64,000 nt of DNA from the human T2T-CHM13v2.0 reference genome, Homo sapiens. Positions 53,301 to 64,000 of the stretch are shown here, piece after piece. The notes below the pieces were generated by a model. That model was not told the origin of the DNA. It made no database searches and was given only the letters and a program-made list of their open reading frames with translations. The translations under genes were made by a program, and so were the position numbers. Numbering within the stretch: position 1 is the first letter of the stretch; every line of letters begins with the position of its first letter. Location: assembly GCF_009914755.1 (NCBI RefSeq), contig NC_060925.1; one strand, given 5' to 3'.

Positions 53301-55120
53301 TTTAAGCATTCTTTTCATAGAGCAGTTAGGAAACACTCTGTTTGTAAAGTCTGCAAGTGGATATTCTGACCTCCTTGAGGCCTTCGTTGGAAACGGGATT
53401 TCTTCATATTCTGCTAGACAGAAGAATTCTCAGTAACTTCCTTGAGTTGTGTGTATTCAACTCACAGAGTTGAACGTTCCTTTACACAGAGCAGACTTGA
53501 AACACTCTTTTTGTGTAATTTGCAAGTGGAGATTTCAGTCGCTTTGAGGTCAGTAGTAGAAAAGGAAATATCTTCATAGAAAAACTAGACAGAATGATTC
53601 TCAGAAACTGCTTTGTGATGTGTGTGTTCAACTCACAGAGTTTAACCTTTCTTTTCATAGAGCAGTTAGTAAACACTCTGTTTATAAAGTCTGCAAGTGG
53701 ATATTCAGACCCCTTTGAGGCCTTCGTTGGAAACGGGATTTCTTCATATTATGCTAGACAGAAGAATTCTCAGTAACTTCCTTGTGTTGTGTGTATTCAA
53801 CTCACAGAGTTGAACGATCCTTTACAGAGAGCAGACTTGAAACACTCTTTTTGTGGAATTTGCAAGTGGAGATTTCAGCCGCTTTGAGGTCAATGGTAGA
53901 ATAGGAAATATCTTCCTATAGAAACTAGACAGAATGATTCTCAGAAACTCCTTTGTGATGTGTGCGTTCAACTCACAGAGTTTAAGCATTCTTTTCATAG
54001 AGCAGTTAGGAAACACTCTGTTTGTAAAGTCTGCAAGTGGATATTCTGACCTCCTTGAGGCCTTCGTTGGAAACGGGATTTCTTCATATTCTGCTAGACA
54101 GAAGAATTCTCAGTAACTTCCTTGTGTTGTGTGTATTCAACTCACAGAGTTGAACGATCCTTTACACAGAGCAGACTTGAAACACTCTTTTTGTGTAATT
54201 TGCAAGTGGAGATTTCAGCCGCTTTGAGGTCAATAGTAGAAAAGGAAATATCTTCATAGAAAAACTAGACAGAATGATTCTCAGAAACTGCTTTGTGATG
54301 TGTGTGTTCAACTCACAGAGTTTAACCTTTCTTTTCATAGAGCAGTTAGTAAACACTCTGTTTATAAAGTCTGCAAGTGGATATTCAGACCCCTTTGAGG
54401 CCTTCGTTGGAAACGGGATTTCTTCATATTATGCTAGACAGAAGAATTCTCAGTAACTTCCTTGTGTTGTGTGTATTCAACTGACAGAGTTGAACTTTCA
54501 TTTAGAGAGAGCAGATTTGAAACACTATTTTTGTGGAATTTGCAAGTGGAGATTTCAAGCGCTTTGGGGCCAAAGGCAGAAAAGGAAATATCTTCGTATA
54601 AAAACTAGACAGAATCATTCTCAGAAACTGCTGCGTGATGTGTGCGTTCAACTCTCAGAGTTTAACTTTTCTTTTCATTCAGCGGTTTGGAAACACTCTG
54701 CTTGTAAAGTCTGCACGTGGATATTTTGACCACTTAGAGGCCTTCGTTGGAAACGGGTTTTTTTCATGTAAGGCTAGACAGAAGAATTCCCAGTAACTTC
54801 CTTGTGTTGTGTGCATTCAAGTCACAGAGTTGAACGTTTCCTTAGACAGAGCAGAATTGAAACACTCTATTTGTGCAATTTGCAAGTGTAGATTTCAAGC
54901 GCTTTAAGGTCAATGGCAGAAAAGGAAATATCTTCGTTTCAAAACTAGACAGAATCATTCCCACAAACTGCGTTGTGATGTGTTCGTTCAACTCACACAG
55001 TTTAACCTTTCTGTTCATAGAGCAGTTAGGAAACACTCTGTGTGTAAAGTCTGTAAGTGGATATTCTGACATCTTGTGGCCTTCGTTGGAAACGGGATTT
55101 CTTCATATTCTGCTAGACAG
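47310..55120 (+). repeat. Locally homogenised HOR sub-family (10-, 10-, 8-, 12-mers)
   Basis: Shared private variants GTGTAATTTG, CTTCATAGAAAA, CTGCTTTGTG, TTAAGCATTC and CAAGTCACAG...GTTTCC...CAGAATTG. X ORFs at 47673, 49372, 51071, 52430 and 54469. Confidence 0.85.
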
Positions 55121-55619
55121 AAGAATTCTCAGTAACTTCCTTGTGTTGTGTGTATTCAACTCACAGAGTTGAACGATCCTTTACACAGAGCAGACTTGAA
55201 ACACTCTTTTTGTGGAATTTGCAAGTGGAGATTTCAGCCGCTTTGAGGTCAATGGTAGAAAAGGAAACTATCTTCGTATAAAAACTAGACAGAATGATTC
55301 TCAGAAAATCCTTTGTGATGTGTGCGTTCAACTCACAGAGTTTAACTTTTCTTTTCATAGAGCAGTTAGGAAACACTCTGTTTGTAAAGTCTGCAAGTGG
55401 ATATTCAGACCTCTTTGAGGCCTTCGTTGGAAACGGGATTTCTTCATATTCTGCTAGACAGAAGTATTCTCAGTAACTTCCTTGTGTTGTGTGTATTCAA
55501 CTCACAGAGTTGAACGATCCTTTACACAGAGCAGACTTGAAACACTCTTTTTGTGGAATTTGCAAGTGGAGATTTCATCCGCTTTGAGGTCAATAGTAGA
55601 AAAGGAAATATCTTCGTAG

Positions 55620-58600
55620 AAAAACTAGACAGAATGATTCTCAGAAACTCCTTTGTGATGTGTGTGTTCAACTCACAGAGTTTAAACTTTCTTTTCATAG
55701 AGCAGTTAGTAAACATTCTGTTTATAAAGTCTGGAAGTGGATATTCAGACCCCTTTGAGGCCTTCGTTGGAAACGGGATTTCTTCATATTATGCTAGACA
55801 GAAGAATTCTCAGTAACTTCCTTGTGTTGTGTGTATTCAACTGACAGAGTTGAACTTTCCTTTAGAGAGAGCAGATTTGCAACACTGTTTTTGTGGAATT
55901 TGCAAGTGGAGATTTCAAGCGCTTTGGGGCCAAACGCAGAAAAGGAAATATCTTCGTATAAAAACTAGACAGAATCATTCTCAGAAACTGCTGCGTGATG
56001 TGTGCGTTCAACTCTCAGAGTTTAACTTTTCTTTTCATTCAGCGGTTTGGAAACACTCTGTTTGTAAAGTCTGCACGTGGATATTTTGACCACTTAGAGG
56101 CCTTCGTAGGAAACGGGTTTTTTTCATGTAAGGCTAGACAGAAGAATTCCCAGTAACTTCCTTGTGTTGTGTGCATTCAACTCACAGAGTTGAACGTTCC
56201 CTTAGACAGAGCAGATTTGAAACACTCTATTTGTGCAATTTGCAAGTGTAGATTTCAAGCGCTTTAAGGTCAATGGCAGAAAAGGAAATATCTTCGTTTC
56301 AAAACTAGACAGAATCATTCCCACAAACTGCGTTGTGATGTGTTCATTCAACTCACAGAGTTTAACATTTCTGTTCATAGAGCAGTTAGGAAACACTCTG
56401 TTTGTAAAGTCTGTAAGTGGATATTCTGACATCTTGTGGCCTTCGTTGGAAACGGGATTTCTTCATATTCTGCTAGACAGAAGAATTCTCAGTAACTTCT
56501 TGTGTTGTGTGTATTCAATTCACAGAGTTGAACAATCCTTTACACAGAGCAGACTTGAAACAATCTTTTTGTGGAATTTGCAAGTGGAGATTTCAGCCAC
56601 TTTGAGGTCAATGGTAGAATAGGAAATATCTTCCTATAGAAACTAGACAGAATGATTCTCAGAAACTCCTTTGTGATGTGTGCGTTCAACTCACAGAATT
56701 TAACATTTCTTTTCATAGAGCAGTTAGGAAACACTCTGTTTGTAAAGTCTGCAAGTGGATATTCAGACCTCTTTGAGGCCTTCGTTGGAAACGGGATTTC
56801 TTAATATTCTGCTAGACAGAAGAATTCTCAGTAACTTCCTTGTGTTGTGTGTATTCAACTCACAGAGTTGAACGATCCTTTACACAGAGCAGACTTGAAA
56901 CACTCTTTTTGTGGAATTTGCAAGTGGAGATTTCAGCCGCTTTGACGTCAATGGTAGAATAGGAAATATCATCGTAGAAAAACTAGACAGAATGATTCTC
57001 AGAAACTCCTTTGTGATGTGTGCGTTCAACTCACAGAGTTTAACTTTTCTTTTCATAGAGCAGTTAGGAAACACTCTGTTTGTAAAGTCTGCAAGTGGAT
57101 ATTCAGACCTCTTTGAGGCCTTCGTTGGAAACGGGATTTCTTCATATTCTGATAGACAGAAGAATTCTCAGTAACTTCCTTGTGTTGTGTGTATTCAACT
57201 CACAGAGTTGAACGATCCTTTACACAGAGCATTCTTGAAACACTCTTTTTGTGGAATTTGCAAATGGAGATTTCAGCCGCTTTGAGGTCAATAGTAGAAA
57301 AGGAAATATCTTCGTAGAAAAATTAGACAGAATGATTCTCATAAACTCCTTTGTGATGTGTGCGTTCAACTCACAGAGTTTAACCTTTCTTTTCATAGAG
57401 CAGTTAGGAAACACTCTGTTTGTAAAGTCTGCAAGTGGATATTCAGACCTGTTTGAGGCCTTCGTTGGAAACGGGATTTCTTCATATTCTGCTAGACAGA
57501 AGAATTCTCAGTAACTTCCTTGTGTTGTGTGTATTCAACTCACAGAGTTGAACGATCCTTTACACAGAGCAGACTTGAAACACTCTTTTTGTGGAACTTG
57601 CAAGTGTAGATTTCAAGCGGTTTAAGGTCAATGGCAGAAAAGGAAATATCTTCGTTTCAAAAATAGACAGAATCATTCCCACAAACTGCGTTGTGATGTG
57701 TTCGTTCAACTCACAGAGTTTAACCTTTCTGTTCATAGAGCAGTTAGGAAACACTCTGTTTGTAAAGTCTGTAAGTGGATATTCTGACATCTTGTGGCCT
57801 TCGTTGGAAACGGGATTTCTTCATATTCTGCTAGACAGAAGAATTCTCAGTAACTTCCTTGTGTTGTGTGTATTCAACTCACAGAGTTGAACGATCCTTT
57901 ACACAGAGCAGACTTGAAATACTCTTTTTGTGGAATTTGCAAGTGGAGATTTCAGCCGCTTTGAGGTCAATGGTAGAAAAGGAAATATCTTCGTATAAAG
58001 ACTAGACAGAATGATTCTCAGAAACTCCTTTGTGATGTGTGCGTTCAACTCACAGAGTTTAACTTTCCTTTTCATACAGCAGTTAGGAAACACTCTGTTT
58101 GTAAAGTCTGCAAGTGGATATTCAGACCTCTTTGAGGCCTTCGTTGGAAACGGGATTTCTTCATATTCTGCTAGACAGAAGAATTCTCAGTATCTTCCCT
58201 GTGTTGTGTGTATTCAACTCACAGAGTTGAACGATCCTTTACAGAGAGCAGACTTGAAACACTCTTTTTGTGGAATTTGCAAGTGGAGATTTCAGCCGCT
58301 TTGAGGTCAATGGTAGAATAGGAAATATCTTCGTAGAAAAACTAGACAGAATGATTCTCAGAAACTCCTTTGTGATGTGTGTGTTCAACTCACAGAGTTT
58401 AAACTTTCTTTTCATAGAGCAGTTAGTAAACATTCTGTTTATAAAGTCTGGAAGTGGATATTCAGACCCCTTTGAGGCCTTCGTTGGAAACGGGATTTCT
58501 TCATTTTCTGCTAGACAGAAGAATTCTCAGTAACTTCCTTGTGTTGTGTGTATTCAACTGACAGAGTTGAACTTTCATTTAGAGAGAGCAGATTTGAAAC

Positions 58601-61050
58601 ACTGTTTTTGTGGAATTTGCAAGTGGAGATTTCAAGCGCTTTGGGGCCAAAGGCAGAAAAGGAAATATCTTCGTATAAAAACTAGACAGAATCATTCTCA
58701 GAAACTGCTGCGTGATGTGTGCGTTCAACTCTCAGAGTTTAACTTTTCTTTTCATTCAGCGGTTTGGAAACACTCTGTTTGTAAAGTCTGCACGTGGATA
58801 TTTTGACCACTTAGAGGCCTTCTTTGGAAACGGGTTTATTCATGTAAGGCTAGACAGAAGAATTCCCAGTAACTTCCTTGTGTTGTGTGCATTCAACTCA
58901 CAGAGTTGAACGTTCCCTTAGACAGAGCAGATTTGAAACACTCTATTTGTGCAATTTGCAAGTGTAGATTTCAAGCGCTTTAAGGTCAATGGCAGAAAAG
59001 GAAATATCTTCGTTTCAAAACTAGACAGAATCATTCCCACAAACTGCGTTGTGATGTGTTCGTTCAACTCACAGAGTTTAACCTTTCTGTTCATAGAGCA
59101 GTTAGGAAACACTCTGTTTGTAAAGTCTGTAAGTGGATATTCTGACATCTTGTGGCCTTCGTTGGAAACGGGATTTCTTCATATTCTGCTAGACAGAAGA
59201 ATTCTCAGTAACTTCTTGTGTTGTGTGTATTCAACTCACAGAGTTGAACGATCCTTTACACAGAGCGGACTTGAAACACTCTTTTTGTGGAATTTGCAAG
59301 TGGAGATTTCAGCCGCTTTGAGGTCAATGGTAGAATAGGAAATATCTTCCTATAGAAACTAGACAGAATGATTCTCATAAACTCCTTTGTGATGTGTGCA
59401 TTCAACTCACAGAGTTTCACCTTTCTTTTCATAGAGCAGTTAGGAAACACTCTGTTTGTAAAGTCTGCAAGTGGATATTCAGACCTCCTTGAGGCCTTCG
59501 TTGGAAACGGGATTTCTTCATATTGTGCTAGACAGAGGAATTCTCAGTAACTTCCTTGTGTTGTGTGTATTCAACTCACAGAGTTGAACGATCCTTTACA
59601 CAGAGCAGACTTGAAACACTCTTTTTGTGGAATTTGTAAGTGGAGATTTCAGCCGCTTTGAGGTCAATGGTAGAATAGGAAATATCATCGTAGAAAAACT
59701 AGACAGAATGATTCTCAGAAACTCCTTTGTGATGTGTGCGTTCAACTCACAGTGTTTAACTTTTCTTTTCATAGAACAGTTAGGAAACACTCTGTTTGTA
59801 AAGTCTGCAAGTGGATATTCAGACCTCTTTGAGGCCTTCGTTGGAAACGGGATTTCTTCATATTCTGATAGACAGAACAATTCTCAGTAACTTCCTTGTG
59901 TTGTGTGTATTCAACTCACAGAGTTGAACGATCCTTTACACAGAGCAGACTTGAAACACTCTTTTTGTGGAATTTGCAAGTGGAGATTTCAGCCGCTTTG
60001 AGGTCAATAGTAGAAAAGGAAATGTCTTCGTAGAAAAACTAGACAGAATGATTCTCATAAACTCCTTTGTGATGTGTGCGTTCAACTCACAGAGTTTAAC
60101 CTTTCTTTTCATAGAGCAGTTAGGAAACACTCTGTTTGTAAAGTCTGCAAGTGGATATTCAGACCTGTTTGAGGCCTTCGTTGGAAACGGGATTTCTTCA
60201 TATTCTGCTAGACAGAAGAATTCTCAGTAACTTCCTTGTGTTGTGTGTATTCAACTCACAGAGTTGAACGATCCTTTACACAGAGCAGACTTGAAACACT
60301 CTTTTTGTGGAATTTGCAAGTGTAGATTTCAAGCGCTTTAAGGTCAATGGCAGAAAAGGAAATATCATCGTTTCAAAACTAGACAGAATCATTCCCACAA
60401 ACTGCGTTGTGATGTGTTCGTTCAACTCACAGAGTTTAACCTTTCTGTTCATAGAGCAGTTAGGAAACACTCTGTTTGTAAAGTCTGTAAGTGGATATTC
60501 TGACATCTTGTGGCCTTCGTTGGAAACGGGATTTCTTCATATTCTGCTAGACAGAAGAATTCTCAGTAACTTCCTTGTGTTGTGTGTATTCAACTCACAG
60601 AGTTGAACGATCCTTTACACAGAGCAGACTTGAAACACTCTTTTTGTGGAATTTGCAAGTGGAGATTTCAGCCGCTTTGAGGTCAATGGTAGAAAAGGAA
60701 ATATCTTCGTATAAAGACTAGACAGAATGATTCTCAGAAACTCCTTTGTGATGTGTGCGTTCAACTCACAGAGTTTAACTTTCCTTTTCATAGAGCAGTT
60801 AGGAAACACTCTGTTTGTAAAGTCTTCATGTGGATATTCATTCCTCTTTGAGGCCTTCGTTGGAAACGGGATTTCTTCATATTCTGCTAGACAGAAGAAT
60901 TCTCAGTAACTTCCTTGTGTTGTGTGTATTCAACTCACAGAGTTGAACGATCCTTTACAGAGAGCAGACTTGAAACACTCTTTTTGTGGAATTTGCAAGT
61001 GGAGATTTCAGCCGCTTTGAGGTCAATGGTAGAATAGGAAATATCTTCGT
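55620..61050 (+). repeat. Diverged 2,716/2,717 bp (16-monomer) tandem duplication
   Basis: Paired markers: TTAAACTTT/AAACATTCTG/CTGGAAG (55.7 and 58.4 kb), the 1 bp deletion AACTTCTTG (56.5 and 59.2 kb), ATCATCGTAG + TCTGATAG (57.0 and 59.7 kb), ACCTGTTTG (57.45 and 60.17 kb) and the hybrid dimer (57560 and 60276). Confidence 0.85.
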
Positions 61051-64000
61051 AGAAAAACTAGACAGAATGATTCTCAGAAACTCCTTTGTGATGTGTGCGT
61101 TCAACTCACAGAGTTTAACTTTTCTTTTCATAGAGCAGTTAGGAAACACTCTGTTTGTAAAGTCTGCAAGTGGATATTCAGACCTCTTTGAGGCCTTCGT
61201 TGGAAACGGGATTTCTTCATATTCTGCTAGACAGAAGAATTCTCAGTAACTTCCTTGTGTTGTGTGTACTCAACTCACAGAGTTGAACGATCCTTTACAC
61301 AGAGCAGACTTGAAACACTCTTTTTGTGGAATTTGCAAGTGTAGATTTCAAGCGCTTTAAGGTCAATGGCAGAAAAGGAAATATCTTCGTTTCAAAACTA
61401 GACAGAATCATTCCCACAAACTGCGTTGTGATGTGTTCGTTCAACTCACAGAATTTAACCTTTCTGTTCATAGAGCAGTTAGGAAACACTCTGTATGTAA
61501 AGTCTGTAAGTGGATATTCTGACGTCTTGTGGCCTTCGTTGGAAACGGGATTTCTTCATATTCTGCTGGACAGAAGAATTCTCAGTAACTTCCTTGTGTT
61601 GTGTGTATTCAACTGACAGAGTTGAACGATCCTTTACACAGAGCAGACTTGAAACACTCTTTTTGTGGAATTTGCAAGTGGAGATTTCAGCCGCTTTGAG
61701 GTCAATGGTAGAATAGGAAATATCTTCCTATAGAAACTAGACAGAATGATTCTCATAAACTCCTTTGTGATGTGTGCATTCAACTCACAGAGTTTCACCT
61801 TTCTTTTCATAGAGCAGTTAGGAAACACTCTGTTTGTAAAGTCTGCAAGTGGATATTCAGACCTCCTTGAGGTCTTCGTTGGAAACGGGATTTCTTCATA
61901 TTCTGCTAGATAGAAGAATTCTCAGTAACTTCCTTGTGTTGTGTGTATTCAACTCACAGAGTTGAACGATCCTTTACACAGAGCAGACTTGAAACACTCT
62001 TTTTGTGGAATTTGCAAGTGGAGATTTCAGCCGCTTTGAGGTCAATGGTAGAAAAGGAAACTATCTTCGTATAAAGACTAGACAGAATGATTCTCAGAAA
62101 ATCCTTTGTGACGTGTGCGTTCAACTCACAGAGTTTAACTTTTCTTTTCATAGAGCAGTTAGGAAACACTCTGTTTGTAAAGTCTGCAAGTGGATATTCA
62201 GACCTCTTTGAGGCCTTCGTTGGAAACGGGATTTCTTCATATTCTGCTAGACAGAAGAATTCTCAGTAACTTCCTTGTGTTGTGTGTATTCAACTCACAG
62301 AGTTGAACGATCCTTTACAGAGAGCAGACTTGAAACACTCTTTTTGTGGAATTTGCAAGTGGAGATTTCAGCCGCTTTGAGGTCAATGGTAGAATAGGAA
62401 ATATCTTCGTAGAAAAACTAGACAGAATGATTCTCAGAAACTCCTTTGTGATGTGTGCGTTCAACTCACAGAGTTTAACTTTTCTTTTCATAGAGCAGTT
62501 AGGAAACACTCTGTTTGTAAAGTCTGCAAGTGGATATTCAGACCTCTTTGAGACCTTCGTTGGAAACGGGATTTCTTCATATTCTGCTAGACAGAAGAAT
62601 TCTCAGTAACTTCCTTGTGTTGTGTGTATTCAACTCACAGAGTTGAACGATCCTTTACACAGAGCAGACTTGAAACACTCTTTTTGTGGAATTTGCAAGT
62701 GGAGATTTCAGCCGCTTTGAGGTCAATGGTAGAAAAGGAAACTATCTTCGTGTAAAGACTAGACAGAATGATTCTCAGAAAATCCTTTGTGATGTGTGCG
62801 TTCAACTCACAGAGTTTAACTTTTCTTTTCATAGAGCAGTTAGGAAACACTCTGTTTGTAATGTCTGCAAATGGATATTCAGACCTCTTTGAGGCCTTCG
62901 TTGGAAACGGGGTTTCTTCATATTGTGCTAGACAGAGGAATTCTCAGTAACTTCCTTGTGTTGTGTGTATTCAACTCACAGAGTTGAACGATCCTTTACA
63001 GAGAGCAGACTTGAAACACTCTTTTTGTGGAATTTGCAAGTGGAGATTTCAGCCGCTTTGAGGTCAATGGTAGAATAGGAAATATCTTCCTATAGAAACT
63101 AGACAGAATGATTCTCAGAAAGTCCTTTGTGATGTGTTTGTTCAACTCACAGAGTTTAACCTTTCTTTTCATAGAGCAGTTAGGAAACACTCTGTTTGTA
63201 AAGTCTGCAAGTGGATATTCAGACCTCTTTGAGGCCTTCGTTGGAAACGGGATTTCTTCATATTCTGCTAGACAGAAGAATTCTCAGTAACTTCCTTGTG
63301 TTGTGTGTATTCAACTCACAGAGTTGAACGATCCTTTACACAGAGCAGACTTGAAACACTCTTTTTGTGGAATTTGCAACTGTAGATTTCAAGCGCTTTA
63401 AGGTCAATGGCAGAAAAGGAGATATCTTCGTTTCAAAACTAGACAGAATCATTCCCACAAACTGCGTTGTGATGTGTTCGTTCAACTCACAGAGTTTAAC
63501 CTTTCTGTTCATAGAGCAGTTAGGAAACACTCTGTTTGTAAAGTCTGCAAGTGGATATTCAGACCTCTTTGAAGCCTTCGATGGAAACGGGATTTCTTCA
63601 TATTCTGCTAGACAGAAGAATTCTCAGTAACTTCCTTGTGTTGTGTGTATTCAACTCACAGAGTTGAACGATCCTTTACACAGAGCAGACTTGAAACACT
63701 CTTTTTGTGGAATTTGCAAGTGGAGATTTCATCCACTTTGAGGTCAATAGTAGAAAAGGAAATATCTTCGTAGAAAAACTAGACAGAATGATTCTCAGAA
63801 ACTCCTTTGTGATGTGTGTGTTCAACTCACAGAGTTTAACCTTTCTTTTCATAGAGCAGTTAGTAAACACTCTGTTTATAAAGTCTGCAAGTGGATAATC
63901 AGACCCCTTTGAGGCCTTCGTTGGAAACGGGATTTCTTCATATTATGCTAGACAGAAGAATTCTCAGTAACTTCCTTGTGTTGTGTGTATTCAACTGACA

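Larger units (their letters stand above)
1..64000 (+). repeat. Centromeric alpha-satellite higher-order-repeat array, SF1 (J1/J2 dimeric), probably S1C1/5/19H1L (D1Z7/D5Z2/D19Z3)
   Basis: Continuous ~170 bp monomers in 339-341 bp dimers (ORF track recurs every 340 bp). GAATTC occurs once in most dimers, CENP-B boxes alternate with A-type monomers, and typical alphoid motifs are present (TTCAACTCACAGAGTT, GGAAATATCTTC...AAACTAGACAGAA). Alpha satellite/SF1 is essentially certain; the chromosome assignment is recalled, not aligned (roughly 0.75). Confidence 0.98.

Noticed and set aside
61912-63280. Apparent 681 bp tandem duplication suggested by ORFs 61954 and 62635
   Set aside because: Only the +C dimers match. 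The following dimers differ (CGTAGAAAAA versus CCTATAGAAAC), so a clean 4-mer duplication is not supported.
53-63898. Hundreds of 60-129 aa ORFs on both strands (MFPNCSMKRKVKL..., MILRNSFVMCAF..., MCIQLTELNFHL...)
   Set aside because: They recur with the 340 bp satellite period, are freely broken by stops and frameshifts between copies, often begin at GTG/TTG, and resemble no protein family. They are translations of alpha satellite.
1-64000. Regular conserved motifs separated by variable sequence, superficially CRISPR-like
   Set aside because: The 'spacers' are themselves near-identical repeats, the period is 170/340 bp, and there are no cas genes.
1-64000. Possible L1/Alu insertion, inversion or non-alphoid island
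   Set aside because: None seen. Every line reads as same-strand alpha satellite, and ORF periodicity is unbroken except for the 79 bp shift at 32228.
1-64000. Claim that this is the kinetochore-forming (CENP-A/CDR) part of the array, or a specific chromosome
   Set aside because: The CDR is defined epigenetically, and chr1, chr5 and chr19 share this HOR. Neither can be decided from sequence by eye.

Overview
The whole 64 kb window is one uninterrupted, single-orientation array of primate (almost certainly human) centromeric alpha satellite, about 376 monomers of ~170 bp. It has the dimeric suprachromosomal family 1 (SF1, J1/J2) organisation: a ~340 bp EcoRI dimer with a CENP-B box (CTTCGTTGGAAACGGGA) in every second monomer. 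The sequence best matches the live chr1/5/19 array (D1Z7/D5Z2/D19Z3, S1C1/5/19H1L); this is from recall, and D16Z2 is not excluded without alignment. I see no genes, RNA genes, CRISPR arrays, transposon insertions or inversions, and all ORFs are by-products of the repeat. I found no new gene-encoded system. What the window does hold is a readable record of array evolution: (1) HOR lengths vary from 6-mer to 16-mer around a fixed 4-monomer core; (2) an 8,156 bp (48-monomer) tandem duplication has a breakpoint mappable to about 14 bp; (3) that duplication is nested in a larger ~14-17 kb two-copy super-repeat; (4) one out-of-register junction with 4 bp microhomology at 32228 breaks the 340 bp phase by 79 bp; (5) there are hybrid monomers, clusters of broken CENP-B boxes and GA>TT tandem mutations. 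All comparisons were made by eye using diagnostic variants and ORF-track offsets, so they are not exhaustive. Working labels used below: X and Y are the two divergent core dimers; P, Q and Z are variants of the generic dimer.
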